Below, piece by piece: positions 43,018 through 52,995 of a stretch of 64,000 bases of DNA. The DNA comes from Microcoleus sp. (GTDB lineage Bacteria; Cyanobacteriota; Cyanobacteriia; Cyanobacteriales; Microcoleaceae), in NCBI GenBank assembly GCA_042408215.1, contig JAYFMW010000017.1:740951-804950 (forward strand), in the 5' to 3' direction. The notes below the pieces were generated by a model. That model was not told where the DNA came from and searched no databases. It saw only the letters and a program-made list of their open reading frames with translations. How positions within the stretch are numbered: position 1 is the stretch's first letter; every line of letters begins with the position of its first letter. Both the position numbers and the translations under genes were made by a program.

Positions 43018-43662
43018 TCCATTGTTTTGCAGTAAAGGTAATTAGCAAACATCCCAAATTCAACTTTTAGACTCCTCTAATCGCTGCTCGGAATATCTAA
43101 TCGGTAACAGGGACGAATGAGATTTTCACCAATTACCAATTACTGAAGTAGCAGCAGTCGTTAAAGCTGATTTGGGTTAGGCACTGATTTCTCGTTTTTG
43201 ACGACAAAAAAAGTGCCGCCAAGGCATAAGCAAAAGTAATTGGCGCTCTCCTCGGCTCAAACTTGACTCAAAGTCGATCGCGGAAAAATCCAGTTGAATA
43301 AAACATTCACTTTTCTGGTTTCCCTTGCCTTATAACTACCAGATCATCCTCCCTGTTTCCGCCTAAAAAAACATCTTTCTACGATATTGGCTCTGTCAGC
43401 CCAAAAATGTTACTTAAGTTACGATTTTTAAATTTTTATCACAATTAATTTAATTATTAAAACTTAAATTAATTTTCATAAAGAGTACCTAAATCATGTT
43501 TAGTTAATTTGACTACATTTTTATTTATACCACTTCAGGGTTAGGTAACGATATCGCGCTCTCTGATCCCCGAATTCTTTAAGAAGTCGGGGATCAGGGT
43601 ATTAGAGTCAGCACCTAAAAGTCGCTGGACGCAAGAGTCTAGAACTCAACAACAAACGGATG

Positions 43663-44097
43663 CTAATTGAGATGGCGGCGGACAATTATTTCTAACTCAT
43701 CAATGTTAAAAGGTTTGGAAAGGTAGTCAAGACAGCCAGCATTGAGAATACGATCGCGGTCTTCGGTTTTTGCTAGTGCTGTCACAGCAACGATCGGAAT
43801 ATTGACGAGTTTGGAGTTTTGTTTGATCCGGTTCACCAGTTCTAGGCCGTCTATATCGGGCAGGCAAATGTCGAGCACAATTAGGTCAGGAGGCCGATCG
43901 ATCGCTGCTGAAAGAGCAGAGGTGCCATCCACCGCTCCCACGAACTCACAGCCAAATAAATTGAGTATTTGGGCTAGCAGCTCTAAGTTGTCGTCATTGT
44001 CGTCTACGCCCAAAACTAAGGGACGCTTGTCAACCAGGAGTTGACCGCTATTACAAGCAGAATACTCCAAATCCTTACTCCAGCTTGGGTAACTCAT
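43663..44097 (-). CDS. single-domain response regulator
   Basis: VDDN, LDICLP, VTA, KPF. Confidence 0.92.
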   Translation of the reverse strand: MSYPSWSKDLEYSACNSGQLLVDKRPLVLGVDDNDDNLELLAQILNLFGCEFVGAVDGTSALSAAIDRPPDLIVLDICLPDIDGLELVNRIKQNSKLVNIPIVAVTALAKTEDRDRILNAGCLDYLSKPFNIDELEIIVRRHLN

Positions 44098-44627
44098 AAA
44101 TGCTCATCGCCTTTGACTAAAAATTTTTTTTTTACGACGCCTTCGTCCAATGGCGTTCCGACACTGAATACAGAGTGGCTCGTATATATACTTATCGGGT
44201 TGACCGTCTTTGTTCAAGTGGATCTGTAAGATACTACTGCCAGTTGAGGAAAAGACGGTGTAAGCCGATCGAGATAGGTGATATGTAATTGTACCGATCA
44301 TCTCACAAATTATTAACTTATGGTTGTAGCACCCAATTGCTGGGTCAATTGTATTACCTCCACCAGCAGACATCTGGAAAGATACCAATCCCCTAGTAGG
44401 ATTACTGAGTCGGTACGTCACGGGTACGAACCCGCACCTTTTGTGATAGATTCCGACTTGTTTGCATAGTCTGACAACCACCAATAAACCGGGTTTATGA
44501 ACAAACATTCTGGCTTTGAATTCAGAAGCTTGTCTGAGCAACCCGGTTTTTGAGATCTCTATGTCGAAAGTGTTGTATTCTATAATACAGAGCGAGTTAA
44601 GGTAGTAGCTCGCAAAAATGCTGTTAT

Positions 44628-44668
44628 TTGGAAATTGGGTCTAAAACCCCGTCCTTCTAGGACGGCTT
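44628..44668 (+). mobile_element. orphan IS605 left end
   Basis: TTAT + AAATTGGGTCTAAAACCCCGTCCTTCTAGGACGG; no right end seen downstream. Confidence 0.7.
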
Positions 44669-44689
44669 CAATTAATCTAGACGTTTTAC

Positions 44690-45120
44690 CAGCCCGTCAG
44701 TTTCTACAAGCTAGCACAGTCAAGACGATCGCTAAAATTTTGGCATAAACCGGGCTTGCTCCCGATGCTCTAGAAATAGAAATTACCGAAAGTATTGCCA
44801 TGACAGATGTCAATTTTACGGTGTCAATATTGCAGCAGTTACAGAAAATGGGAATTCAGATTTCTCTAGACGATTTTGGCACTGGTTATTCTTCGCTGTG
44901 GTCTCTCAAAAGCTGGCCGCTAAACAATTTAAAAATAGACCGATCGTTCGTGTCAGATTTGATGGAGGGCAGCAACGGTGCTATTGTTAAAGTAGCGATC
45001 GCCTTGGGACAGGGCATGAATTTACGGGTGATTGCTGAGGGAGTCGAAACAATAGAACAGTTAGAATTTTTGCAGTCGCTCAAGTGCGATATGGCTCAGG
45101 GTTACTTGTTTAGTTCGGCA
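44690..45120 (+). pseudogene. C-terminal EAL phosphodiesterase fragment
   Basis: ARQF..(stop)..EITES, LDDFGTGYSS, LKIDRSFV, AEGVE, QGYLFS; N-terminal half missing. Confidence 0.85.
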
Positions 45121-45198
45121 GAGGACACGGCAGTGCCGTGTCCCTACGCCAGATTGATTGTAGGGACACGGCACTGCCGTGTCCCAGCCGTGTCCTAA
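45121..45198. repeat. GGACACGGCA(G/C)TGCCGTGTCC palindromic repeat pair
   Basis: Two palindromes; family also at 40929 and 52788. Confidence 0.8.
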
Positions 45199-45237
45199 CT
45201 GTGGGTAATATGAATTCCGATGCTACCGGATTTGATA

Positions 45238-46890
45238 TTACTGCCAAACAAACACTTTCGCTTCGGATTCTGGCAAGTCAATCAAAATATTGTCATCGCC
45301 AGATTCAAGATCATAATTTCCCGTCCATTCGTGCCAAGTTCCGTTAGCCGGGAAGTGCGGAACGCTGTAGCCAGCCAGATAATTTTCCGACCAATTCACC
45401 ACAACTACAACTCTCGAACCTTCATCATTCCAACGAGTGTAAGCAAAAACTTTTGATTCGAGGTCTTCGTGGAAAAAATCGATGTTTTCCGTGTAAAGTG
45501 CCTGGTTATTTTCTCGTAGGTTAATCAAGCCTTTATAGTATTCCCACAAACCTTTATTCAAGTCATTTCCTAACAGCGTCCAGTCGATTTTAGCTGGCTC
45601 AATTGTTTTAGATTTGTACTCGCCAAATTCATCACCCATCCAAATCAGAGGCACACCAACTGCTGTCATTAACAGCACCGCTCCTAACTTCGCCCGCTTG
45701 AATGCTGCTTCCCCAAAAATCTCTCGCTGGCCCAATTCTGCCAGCACATGATTGTGGTCGTGATTGCTCAGATAATTCACTACATTCGTAGCACCCAAAA
45801 AACCTTGGCGCTTGCAGTCAATCACATCTTTGAGCCGTTCTAAATCAAAAGTTTCGCCGCAGAGTTGTGGAATCACGCAGTGATAGAAACTGTCGTGCCA
45901 GCAGCCGTCCATCGGCCCTTCTAGATTCGTGATGCTAGTATCTTCGGGGACGTATTCGGCAACGGTATAAAACGGTTTCGGGCCGGCGACATTTTTGGCT
46001 TCTTGAACTATCCAGTGCATGAAATCGTAGTTGCCAATTTGTCGTGCTGCGTCGAATCGAATGCCGTCTAGATGGTATTCTTGAACCCAAAAGCGCACTG
46101 TATCGCCGATAAATTTGCGCGCGGGATAGGTTTCTAATTTTTCGTCGTAGAATTCGTAGTTAAATTCTGGGCCCCAATTGTTGTCGGGATCGCGGGGTGC
46201 GTGGTGATACCAGTAATCGCGATCGATTTGAGTCAGGGGGCTCGACGCTTCTGAGTGGTTGTAAATCCCGTCAATGATGATGCGAATCCCGCGCCCGTGA
46301 CACTCGTCAATCAGGTTTTTGAGATCTTCTGTGGTGCCGTAGCTGGACTCTGTAGCGAAGAAGTAGCGGGGGTTGTAGCCCCAACTGTAGTCGCCCGGGT
46401 ATTCTTTGAGTGGCATGAGTTCGATCGCGTTGACGCCGAGTTCGACTAAGTAATCTAGTTTTTCGACAACGTTTTTATACTTACCCCGGGCGAGGGGATC
46501 GGCTTCGCCGCCGGAAAAGTCGGCAACGTGCATTTCGTAGATCGCTAATTCTCGATCGGTCCGTAGCGGTGTGTCGTCGTGTCGCCACACGTAGGTATCG
46601 ACAATGCGATCGCCGTCTTTGATCCGGATCAGGCCGTTTTGAGTAGGATCGTCGATATCAGTGGCGTAAGGATCGACTAATTCTACCCATTGATCTGGTT
46701 CGAGAAACCAGCTTTTCGATCGCACTCGAAATTTATATTGATAAACGCCATCCTCTAACTCAACTTGCGTGCGAAAATAACCGTCTTCCTTTTTTTGCAT
46801 GGGGATCTCTTCCCAATTAGAAAAACACCCCATCAAGCTAGCTTCTTGATTGTAGGGAGCAAATAACTTAAATTCTATTTCGGCGGCCAT
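45238..46890 (-). CDS. GH13 alpha-amylase family with N-terminal CBM48-like domain
   Basis: WGYNP, DGIYNH, DGIRFDA, VAE, SNHD. Confidence 0.92.
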   Translation of the reverse strand: MAAEIEFKLFAPYNQEASLMGCFSNWEEIPMQKKEDGYFRTQVELEDGVYQYKFRVRSKSWFLEPDQWVELVDPYATDIDDPTQNGLIRIKDGDRIVDTYVWRHDDTPLRTDRELAIYEMHVADFSGGEADPLARGKYKNVVEKLDYLVELGVNAIELMPLKEYPGDYSWGYNPRYFFATESSYGTTEDLKNLIDECHGRGIRIIIDGIYNHSEASSPLTQIDRDYWYHHAPRDPDNNWGPEFNYEFYDEKLETYPARKFIGDTVRFWVQEYHLDGIRFDAARQIGNYDFMHWIVQEAKNVAGPKPFYTVAEYVPEDTSITNLEGPMDGCWHDSFYHCVIPQLCGETFDLERLKDVIDCKRQGFLGATNVVNYLSNHDHNHVLAELGQREIFGEAAFKRAKLGAVLLMTAVGVPLIWMGDEFGEYKSKTIEPAKIDWTLLGNDLNKGLWEYYKGLINLRENNQALYTENIDFFHEDLESKVFAYTRWNDEGSRVVVVVNWSENYLAGYSVPHFPANGTWHEWTGNYDLESGDDNILIDLPESEAKVFVWQ

Positions 46891-47257
46891 AATACCTCTT
46901 TGTAAAAAATCTCAGTAGCAGTTGATACTTTTAATCTCGCAAATTTAAGCAAACTCAGGCATCACCCCAGAGAGATAATTTTGCTCTTTGGCTTGACTAT
47001 TTCTGCAAGTATGTTTTTTTGGCTAGGTGGCGGCAATTGGTGAATTGACTTCACAGAAAATTGGCATTGCGATCGGAATTTATTTAACTTGCTCTTGCGA
47101 GGCGCTAACTTTTTTAAAATGAGAGATTATTTGACATCTATCTCAAGACATATTTAGTAGTAGGATTGTTAATTTAAATTTATTCACTTGGATAGATGCG
47201 AACTTACATATTGTTTTTTTACTTAGGAGTAAGGTGCGCGCAGCGCACCCTACATTT

Positions 47258-47337
47258 GACTAATGACTGCTGACTAATGACTGCTGACTAATGACTGCTG
47301 ACTAATGACTAATGACTGCTGACTAATGACTACTAAC
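47258..47337. repeat. STRR heptamer array (TGACTAA/TGACTGC)
   Basis: Directly visible. Confidence 0.9.
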
Positions 47338-47340
47338 TCT

Positions 47341-48063
47341 TCATCCAACCAAGCCAGAACGGAGGGCGAGAACAGCCGCCTGAGTGCGGTCATCAGCGCA
47401 CAATTTGTTCAAAATATTGCGGACGTGAGTCTTGACAGTACCGACAGTAATGTAGAGCTTTTCTGCAATTGCAGCATTGCTATACCCCTGCACTATTAGC
47501 TCCAAAACCTCTAATTCTCGCCCGGTTAAAGGGTAAGTTTCAATGATGTGACTAAACTCGGGTTCAGCAGCATTAATTGTGACTTTCTTGCCCTCAGTCT
47601 TCGGCGCTTCTGGCGCAGAATCCTTTTTCTTAGCTTGTTTCAGGACAATGCGGGCGATAGCGGGGTCGATCCAAGAGTTACCTTCGTAAGTTACTTTTAC
47701 CACGTCCACTAACTGATCGAAGCTGATATCTTTCATGCAGTAAGAGTCGGCTCCGGCGGCAAAAGCGGCCAACACTTCCTCTTCATTATCCTGAAAAGTT
47801 AGGATCAACACTTTGGTGTCGGGATCGGAATTGGGGACGATGGATTTTTTAAACTTTTGTGTCAATTCAATTCCGTCAAAATCCGGTAAACCAATGTCTA
47901 CAATGGCCACGTCAGGTTTTGAAGACTGAAGCAGTTTCAATCCCTCTGTAGCATTAGCCGCATCCCCGACAACTTCTATAGTGTCACGCTGTTGTAAAGC
48001 TGTACGGATGCCGACTCTAGTCAGATCATGGTCTTCTATCAAAGCAACGCGAATTTTACTCAT
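47341..48063 (-). CDS. NarL/LuxR family response regulator
   Basis: IEDH, VDIGLP, LTGRELEVL..TVKTHVRNIL. Confidence 0.95.
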   Translation of the reverse strand: MSKIRVALIEDHDLTRVGIRTALQQRDTIEVVGDAANATEGLKLLQSSKPDVAIVDIGLPDFDGIELTQKFKKSIVPNSDPDTKVLILTFQDNEEEVLAAFAAGADSYCMKDISFDQLVDVVKVTYEGNSWIDPAIARIVLKQAKKKDSAPEAPKTEGKKVTINAAEPEFSHIIETYPLTGRELEVLELIVQGYSNAAIAEKLYITVGTVKTHVRNILNKLCADDRTQAAVLALRSGLVG

Positions 48064-48466
48064 TTTGAAAATAGCCAGCTAAATTTTGAAAATATCTCTA
48101 ACCAACTCAGCTTAACTGAGTAGATTTGAGAATGTATCCTGATTTTTGGTTTGACAGGTCGCACATCTTTTTCTAGCATACTCATGTAAGGGCGCTATTG
48201 CAACGTAAAGTTTGAATTTATTTGGCAGCGCCAGAAGAACCCGATCGCGATCGGTGCGTTCTCAATGTTTTAACTGTTTAACCGCATTATCTCCTTATCC
48301 ACCCCTTGATAGAGGTAAAGATACTACTACCTCGATACATTTAGAGTATAAAAACTTTTGATGCACTCTGACCGTCAACATCAATAAAGCTACAGCACCC
48401 CTATTTAGCGGGTGGTAGCTCAAATTTTGGACGCTTTCTCTTTGATAACATACTAAAAATGTAGTT

Positions 48467-50341
48467 ATGACTGACTATTATGGCAACCATTTCTCTTCGA
48501 TCGCATCCCGATCGAACTTTGCGGAGGCTCAAACATCACAGGATGCAGCGGAAATAACAGATCCGCCAAGGGGAGTGTGCGATGGCGAGCGGCAGTACGA
48601 TCGCCTGTTGGATGCAATTCCTGACATAGTTTGGACAGCCAATACAGGAGGTAGTGCGACTTATTTTAGCCAGCGGTGGGAGGATTACACCGGCATACCA
48701 GTAGCAGCAGCCTTGGATTTCGGCTATTTGGCCCGCGTCCACCCAGACGATCGCGATCGCCTCCTGGCGCGATCGCAGTTAATTGTCAGCCAGCAGCCAA
48801 GTTACGAAATAGAATTTCGTCTCCAGGCGCGATCGGGTATTTACCGCTGGAACCTAGCCAGAGCATCCCTAGTAAACACAGACAGTGAGGGAGTTTTAGA
48901 GTGGGTGGGAACCTATACAGATATAGACGGGTTTAAACAAACTCAAGACAGACTGGAAGCAGAAACAGACTTGTTGCATGGGTTGGCGCGATCGTCCGCG
49001 AGGGAGAAAGCCGAAAGCTTGCGCGCTGCTAGGACGGTGAAGGAGGCGCAGCAGCAGCATTTACAGGCTGTAGAGAGGTTGACAAATCTTTTGAACCCGC
49101 GCGGGCAAAACTTCAGCGAACTGTTGTCAGCGCTGGCGGACGCGACTATTGAGATGATTGCAGGCGCTCAATTTTGCCTGGTTGCTCTCACCGAATGCGA
49201 TCGCAGCCGCCTCAAATTTAGTGCTGTCAGAGGGCTGGAAAACTTCGGCGCGGGCAAAACGCTGTACGTGCAAGACAAGCTGCTGTCAGAGGCGTTTGTG
49301 ACGGGTTCGTCTCAATTGTCGCGGCCCTACTCGGATGGCGGTGTGCCGGCGGTGGCTTGTGCAGTCGCGATCGAGTCGCCCCAGACAGGGCGTTTGGGGG
49401 TGCTAGCGATCGGCAATTGGCAAGACAGCAAAGCCATTGACGCGGAAACTCTACCACTGCTGGCGGTGATAGCAAGACAAGCTGCGATCGCGATCGACAG
49501 CGTGCGGGCGATCGAAACTGTCAAAAAGCAGGAACAGCTTTTAGACTTACAAAAAGACCTCTTACTACGCCAGCAGGAAGAACTACAAAATCAACGTTGC
49601 CGTCTGCAACAGCAAAACTTGCAACTGCTAGAAGCAGCACAGTTAAAATCGCAATTTTTGGGTACGATTTCCCACGAATTGCGAACACCGATGAATGCGA
49701 TTATCGGCTTTTCGGAATTGTTGCTGCGCCAGCACCAACAACTGCTGACTACCCAGCAAAAAGACCTGGTGGGACGCATTTTTCAGAACGGCAAAAACCT
49801 GCTATTGCTAATCAACGATATCCTCGACTTCTCCAAAATCGAGAGTGGTTGCACAGAATTAGAGATTGAAGAATTTGATTTAGCGCATTTAGTAATAGAT
49901 GTCGCTCTCGAATTTGGCAATCAAGTTACAGAAAAGAATTTAGCAATGTCTGTCAGCGTGCATTTGCAGCATCAGTTTATAGTTAATGACAAGTCGCGCC
50001 TCCGGCAAATCTTGGTCAACCTCATTTCCAATGCGGTTAAATTCACCCACGAAGGAAGCATTTGCATTGAGGTGAGAGAACTAAGGAGCGATCGGCTAAC
50101 TATCATAGTTCAGGATACAGGAATTGGCATCTCCGAAACCGATCTCCCACACATTTTTGACAAGTTCCGGCAAGCAGACCAAACTACAAGTCGCAAATAT
50201 CCCGGCACCGGTTTAGGACTAGCTATTAGTGAATCTTTAGTCAAAATGATGAACTGCACAATCAGCGCCGAAAGTCAACTAGAAAAAGGTTCAACATTTC
50301 GGCTCGAACTGCCTCGACAAATTCAACAAATTATAGCATAA
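48467..50341 (+). CDS. PAS-GAF sensor histidine kinase
   Basis: VHPDDR PAS, GAF-like segment, SHELRTPMN, NAVKF, GTGLGL. Confidence 0.93.
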   Translation: MTDYYGNHFSSIASRSNFAEAQTSQDAAEITDPPRGVCDGERQYDRLLDAIPDIVWTANTGGSATYFSQRWEDYTGIPVAAALDFGYLARVHPDDRDRLLARSQLIVSQQPSYEIEFRLQARSGIYRWNLARASLVNTDSEGVLEWVGTYTDIDGFKQTQDRLEAETDLLHGLARSSAREKAESLRAARTVKEAQQQHLQAVERLTNLLNPRGQNFSELLSALADATIEMIAGAQFCLVALTECDRSRLKFSAVRGLENFGAGKTLYVQDKLLSEAFVTGSSQLSRPYSDGGVPAVACAVAIESPQTGRLGVLAIGNWQDSKAIDAETLPLLAVIARQAAIAIDSVRAIETVKKQEQLLDLQKDLLLRQQEELQNQRCRLQQQNLQLLEAAQLKSQFLGTISHELRTPMNAIIGFSELLLRQHQQLLTTQQKDLVGRIFQNGKNLLLLINDILDFSKIESGCTELEIEEFDLAHLVIDVALEFGNQVTEKNLAMSVSVHLQHQFIVNDKSRLRQILVNLISNAVKFTHEGSICIEVRELRSDRLTIIVQDTGIGISETDLPHIFDKFRQADQTTSRKYPGTGLGLAISESLVKMMNCTISAESQLEKGSTFRLELPRQIQQIIA

Positions 50342-50475
50342 GTCTGAAGTCTGAAGTCTGAAGTCTGAAGTCTGAAGGGAAATGCCAGAAAATCAAGGGA
50401 TAAAACGTAAAACGCGATCGCTGTTATATCCCCGTAGCACTTAAAGAATTCGGGGATCTAAAGCGCGAGATCGTT

Positions 50476-51603
50476 TTAAGTTCTTCCTTTTGCATGAATT
50501 TTCCCGATCGCCCGATCGCTCTCAATTTCAATTACTAAATCTACCCGATCGCCATGCTCAACCATCGACTTAATAAATAACTCTGGATGCAGCGCTTTCT
50601 GGAAATATTCCACAAACTGATTAATCTCTAACTCTGTCATTCCCGACTTGCCGGTTGCCATCATTTCCCGTTCCGCTTGATTGCGCCACACTCCAGAAAT
50701 ACGATAATCTTTGGGATACAAAACTATCAACTTATCTAAGCGCTGCCAGAGGGGTAAATAGTCGTGCAGCTTAGCATTCATATCGCGAGCAAACTGCCGA
50801 TCGCCCTCTGTTAAAATTGGAAATGGTGAAGCGGCCAAAAACTCGTTTAATTGCCGATCGCCGATCGGATATACTCCGACAAACCAACCCTCAAACAGTA
50901 CAATATCCACACCTGCAATGATTTCAGGCTGAGTTCTATCTCCTGCACCTCCCCAGGCAGATTTGTCAAATCGGGGAATTTCTATATTTTCAATTTTACC
51001 AGTTTCGGGAAAATCCGATTGAGAATTGTCAACGAATTTTAATTGATGATTTTGAGCAGATCGTAACCGGTCTAAAACTGCTATTCCCAATTCTAGATCG
51101 TGAGTACCGGGCGGGCCGCGCCAAATTAAACGCGGGTCTGCTTTTTGGAGCTGTTGGCGATCGGCATAAGTCTTGTAAAGGTCGTCTAAAGAAAGGCTAA
51201 CAGTAGAATATCCCAATTTCGCCAAAATCAGCGTCAAAATCTTAGCTAAAGTAGTTTTTCCCGTTCCTTGTCCTCCGACAATTCCTTGAATTAAAGGACG
51301 TTTTAAACTTTGTTTTTGGGCCGATAATTGCATTGCTAGCGGCAACCAAAAGTTCCACAAATTTTCGATAAAAGTAGTTGACTTTAGGGGGAAATTGTGC
51401 AGTCGATCGATCAGAGAAAAGAATAAATCGGCTTTGCTGCGAACAACATCGGCTGCATTGTCGGAAGTAATACCAAAAGCGCGCGCGCGACAATTGCTAG
51501 CCAGTTCCCAAAGGGCTAACTGCTCGAATTCAGGAGCGATCGGATAATTGCCGGCTATCCATCCTTCTAAAATTGCAACAGGGGTTAAATTCGATGGCGA
51601 CAT
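50476..51603 (-). CDS. D-glycerate 3-kinase (GLYK type)
   Basis: GGQGTGKT, SLDDLY, RGPPGTHD, PRFDKS, FEGWF. Confidence 0.88.
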   Translation of the reverse strand: MSPSNLTPVAILEGWIAGNYPIAPEFEQLALWELASNCRARAFGITSDNAADVVRSKADLFFSLIDRLHNFPLKSTTFIENLWNFWLPLAMQLSAQKQSLKRPLIQGIVGGQGTGKTTLAKILTLILAKLGYSTVSLSLDDLYKTYADRQQLQKADPRLIWRGPPGTHDLELGIAVLDRLRSAQNHQLKFVDNSQSDFPETGKIENIEIPRFDKSAWGGAGDRTQPEIIAGVDIVLFEGWFVGVYPIGDRQLNEFLAASPFPILTEGDRQFARDMNAKLHDYLPLWQRLDKLIVLYPKDYRISGVWRNQAEREMMATGKSGMTELEINQFVEYFQKALHPELFIKSMVEHGDRVDLVIEIESDRAIGKIHAKGRT

Positions 51604-51624
51604 ATTCTCAAAACTCCTAACTAT

Positions 51625-51957
51625 TCAAGAGCCAAGCTTGAAAGCTTCGACAAATAAACTATAAGTCATGCCAATTTTCAGAGCATTGAGCAGATCCACC
51701 CACAAAAAACGCTGCGCCTGTGGGCTACCGCCGTAAACCAGGCGATTAACCAACTCTGTCAACAGCACCAACAGCCCAGCCACCAGAATATCCCAAGTTG
51801 CGGCTTGTCCGGCGATCGTCGAAATAGCTGTTCCCAAAAAATTGCCGAACAGCAGGCTAATTAGGAGCACCGAAATCCGTCGCCAAGGATTGCTCAGCCA
51901 GCCTCGGAATTGCTCGCCGAGAATGTCAATAAATCGGTTAATTCGGGTATTCTGCAT
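51625..51957 (-). CDS. ycf20: Ycf20 / DUF565 membrane protein
   Basis: MQNTR, NPWRR, FVEAFKLGS. Confidence 0.9.
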   Translation of the reverse strand: MQNTRINRFIDILGEQFRGWLSNPWRRISVLLISLLFGNFLGTAISTIAGQAATWDILVAGLLVLLTELVNRLVYGGSPQAQRFLWVDLLNALKIGMTYSLFVEAFKLGS

Positions 51958-52168
51958 AGAATTGGAAATGGGGAATTGGGAATAGGTAATTGAGAATTGG
52001 TAATTGGGAATCGGGAATTGGTAATTTTTTCTTCTGGTTTCAGCCTTCAGCCTTCAGCCTTCGGAGGTGCAGGTTGATGTTGTGGCACAATAGCCCCTGG
52101 TTGTGCGTACATTAAAGATGGTTATTACTAATTCGGGGTGTGCATTCTATCCTTTAAGCATAAACTTT

Positions 52169-52773
52169 ATGAAGCTTCAAACTTACCAGATAATAATAGC
52201 GGTGTCGATCGTCCTAGTTGCAGGACTATTCCTGAGACGGTTTGAAATTACCATCTCGAACGGTTCAAATTTGCCAGGGGATTTGCCTCAGCCAGCAACC
52301 GTACTCCCCCCAATACCCCCGTTTCTCCAACCGCCACCAGGGCCGCAGACCTCGCAAAAGGGCCCAAATCCCAGCCAATACCAACCCCCCCAGAACCAGA
52401 CGGGGAATTGATTTCCCCAACAGACACAGAGGAACTTGCAGCAAATACATTAGCAAATGCCAAAGCCGTCGGTACTCTGCGCGTCAGCAACCGCAGCGAA
52501 CACCCCGTGCGAGTGGCGCTGCTGACGAAGCGACAAGCCGAGAAATCCTACGGTAAACCTGCTCACTAGGATTTTGCGCCCGGAGAAGGCAGTGGGAAGG
52601 GACTGATGCTATCGCTGCCTGAAGGCGAGCTAAAAGTCAAACAGGGAGACATTCTGGTTGTCTTCGCTCAGGATGGCTCTCGCCGCTACTGGGGGCCTTA
52701 CGTGACTGGGGAGACAGCCTCACCGGCTTGGAATACCAAAGCTGGAGAATGGCAATTAGTCGTGCAGCCGTGA
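52169..52773 (+). pseudogene. conserved hypothetical protein with frameshift and internal TAG
   Basis: TM + Pro-rich N-part; downstream frame GTLRVSNR..PAH*DFAP..AQDGSRRYWGPY. Confidence 0.6.
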
Positions 52774-52995
52774 ACGCTTAACTATGGGTAGGGACACGGC
52801 TTGACGATTAGGACTGTTTTATTGACCCGGAGATCCTCTTAATCCTCACCCCCCGGCCCCCCCAAAAGGGAAAAAAGGGGGACGGCAGTCTTTCGTCCCC
52901 GTATTTGATCTAATTTCGAGTCTTGAGAAGGCGAATCTTTCGATAGACTTTAGAGCGGGCTAAAATTTCAAATCTCAAATCGCAGGAAGTTTCGG

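Noticed and set aside
44104..44541. 145-aa minus-strand ORF
   Set aside because: No recognisable motif, non-ATG start, overlaps repeat sequence
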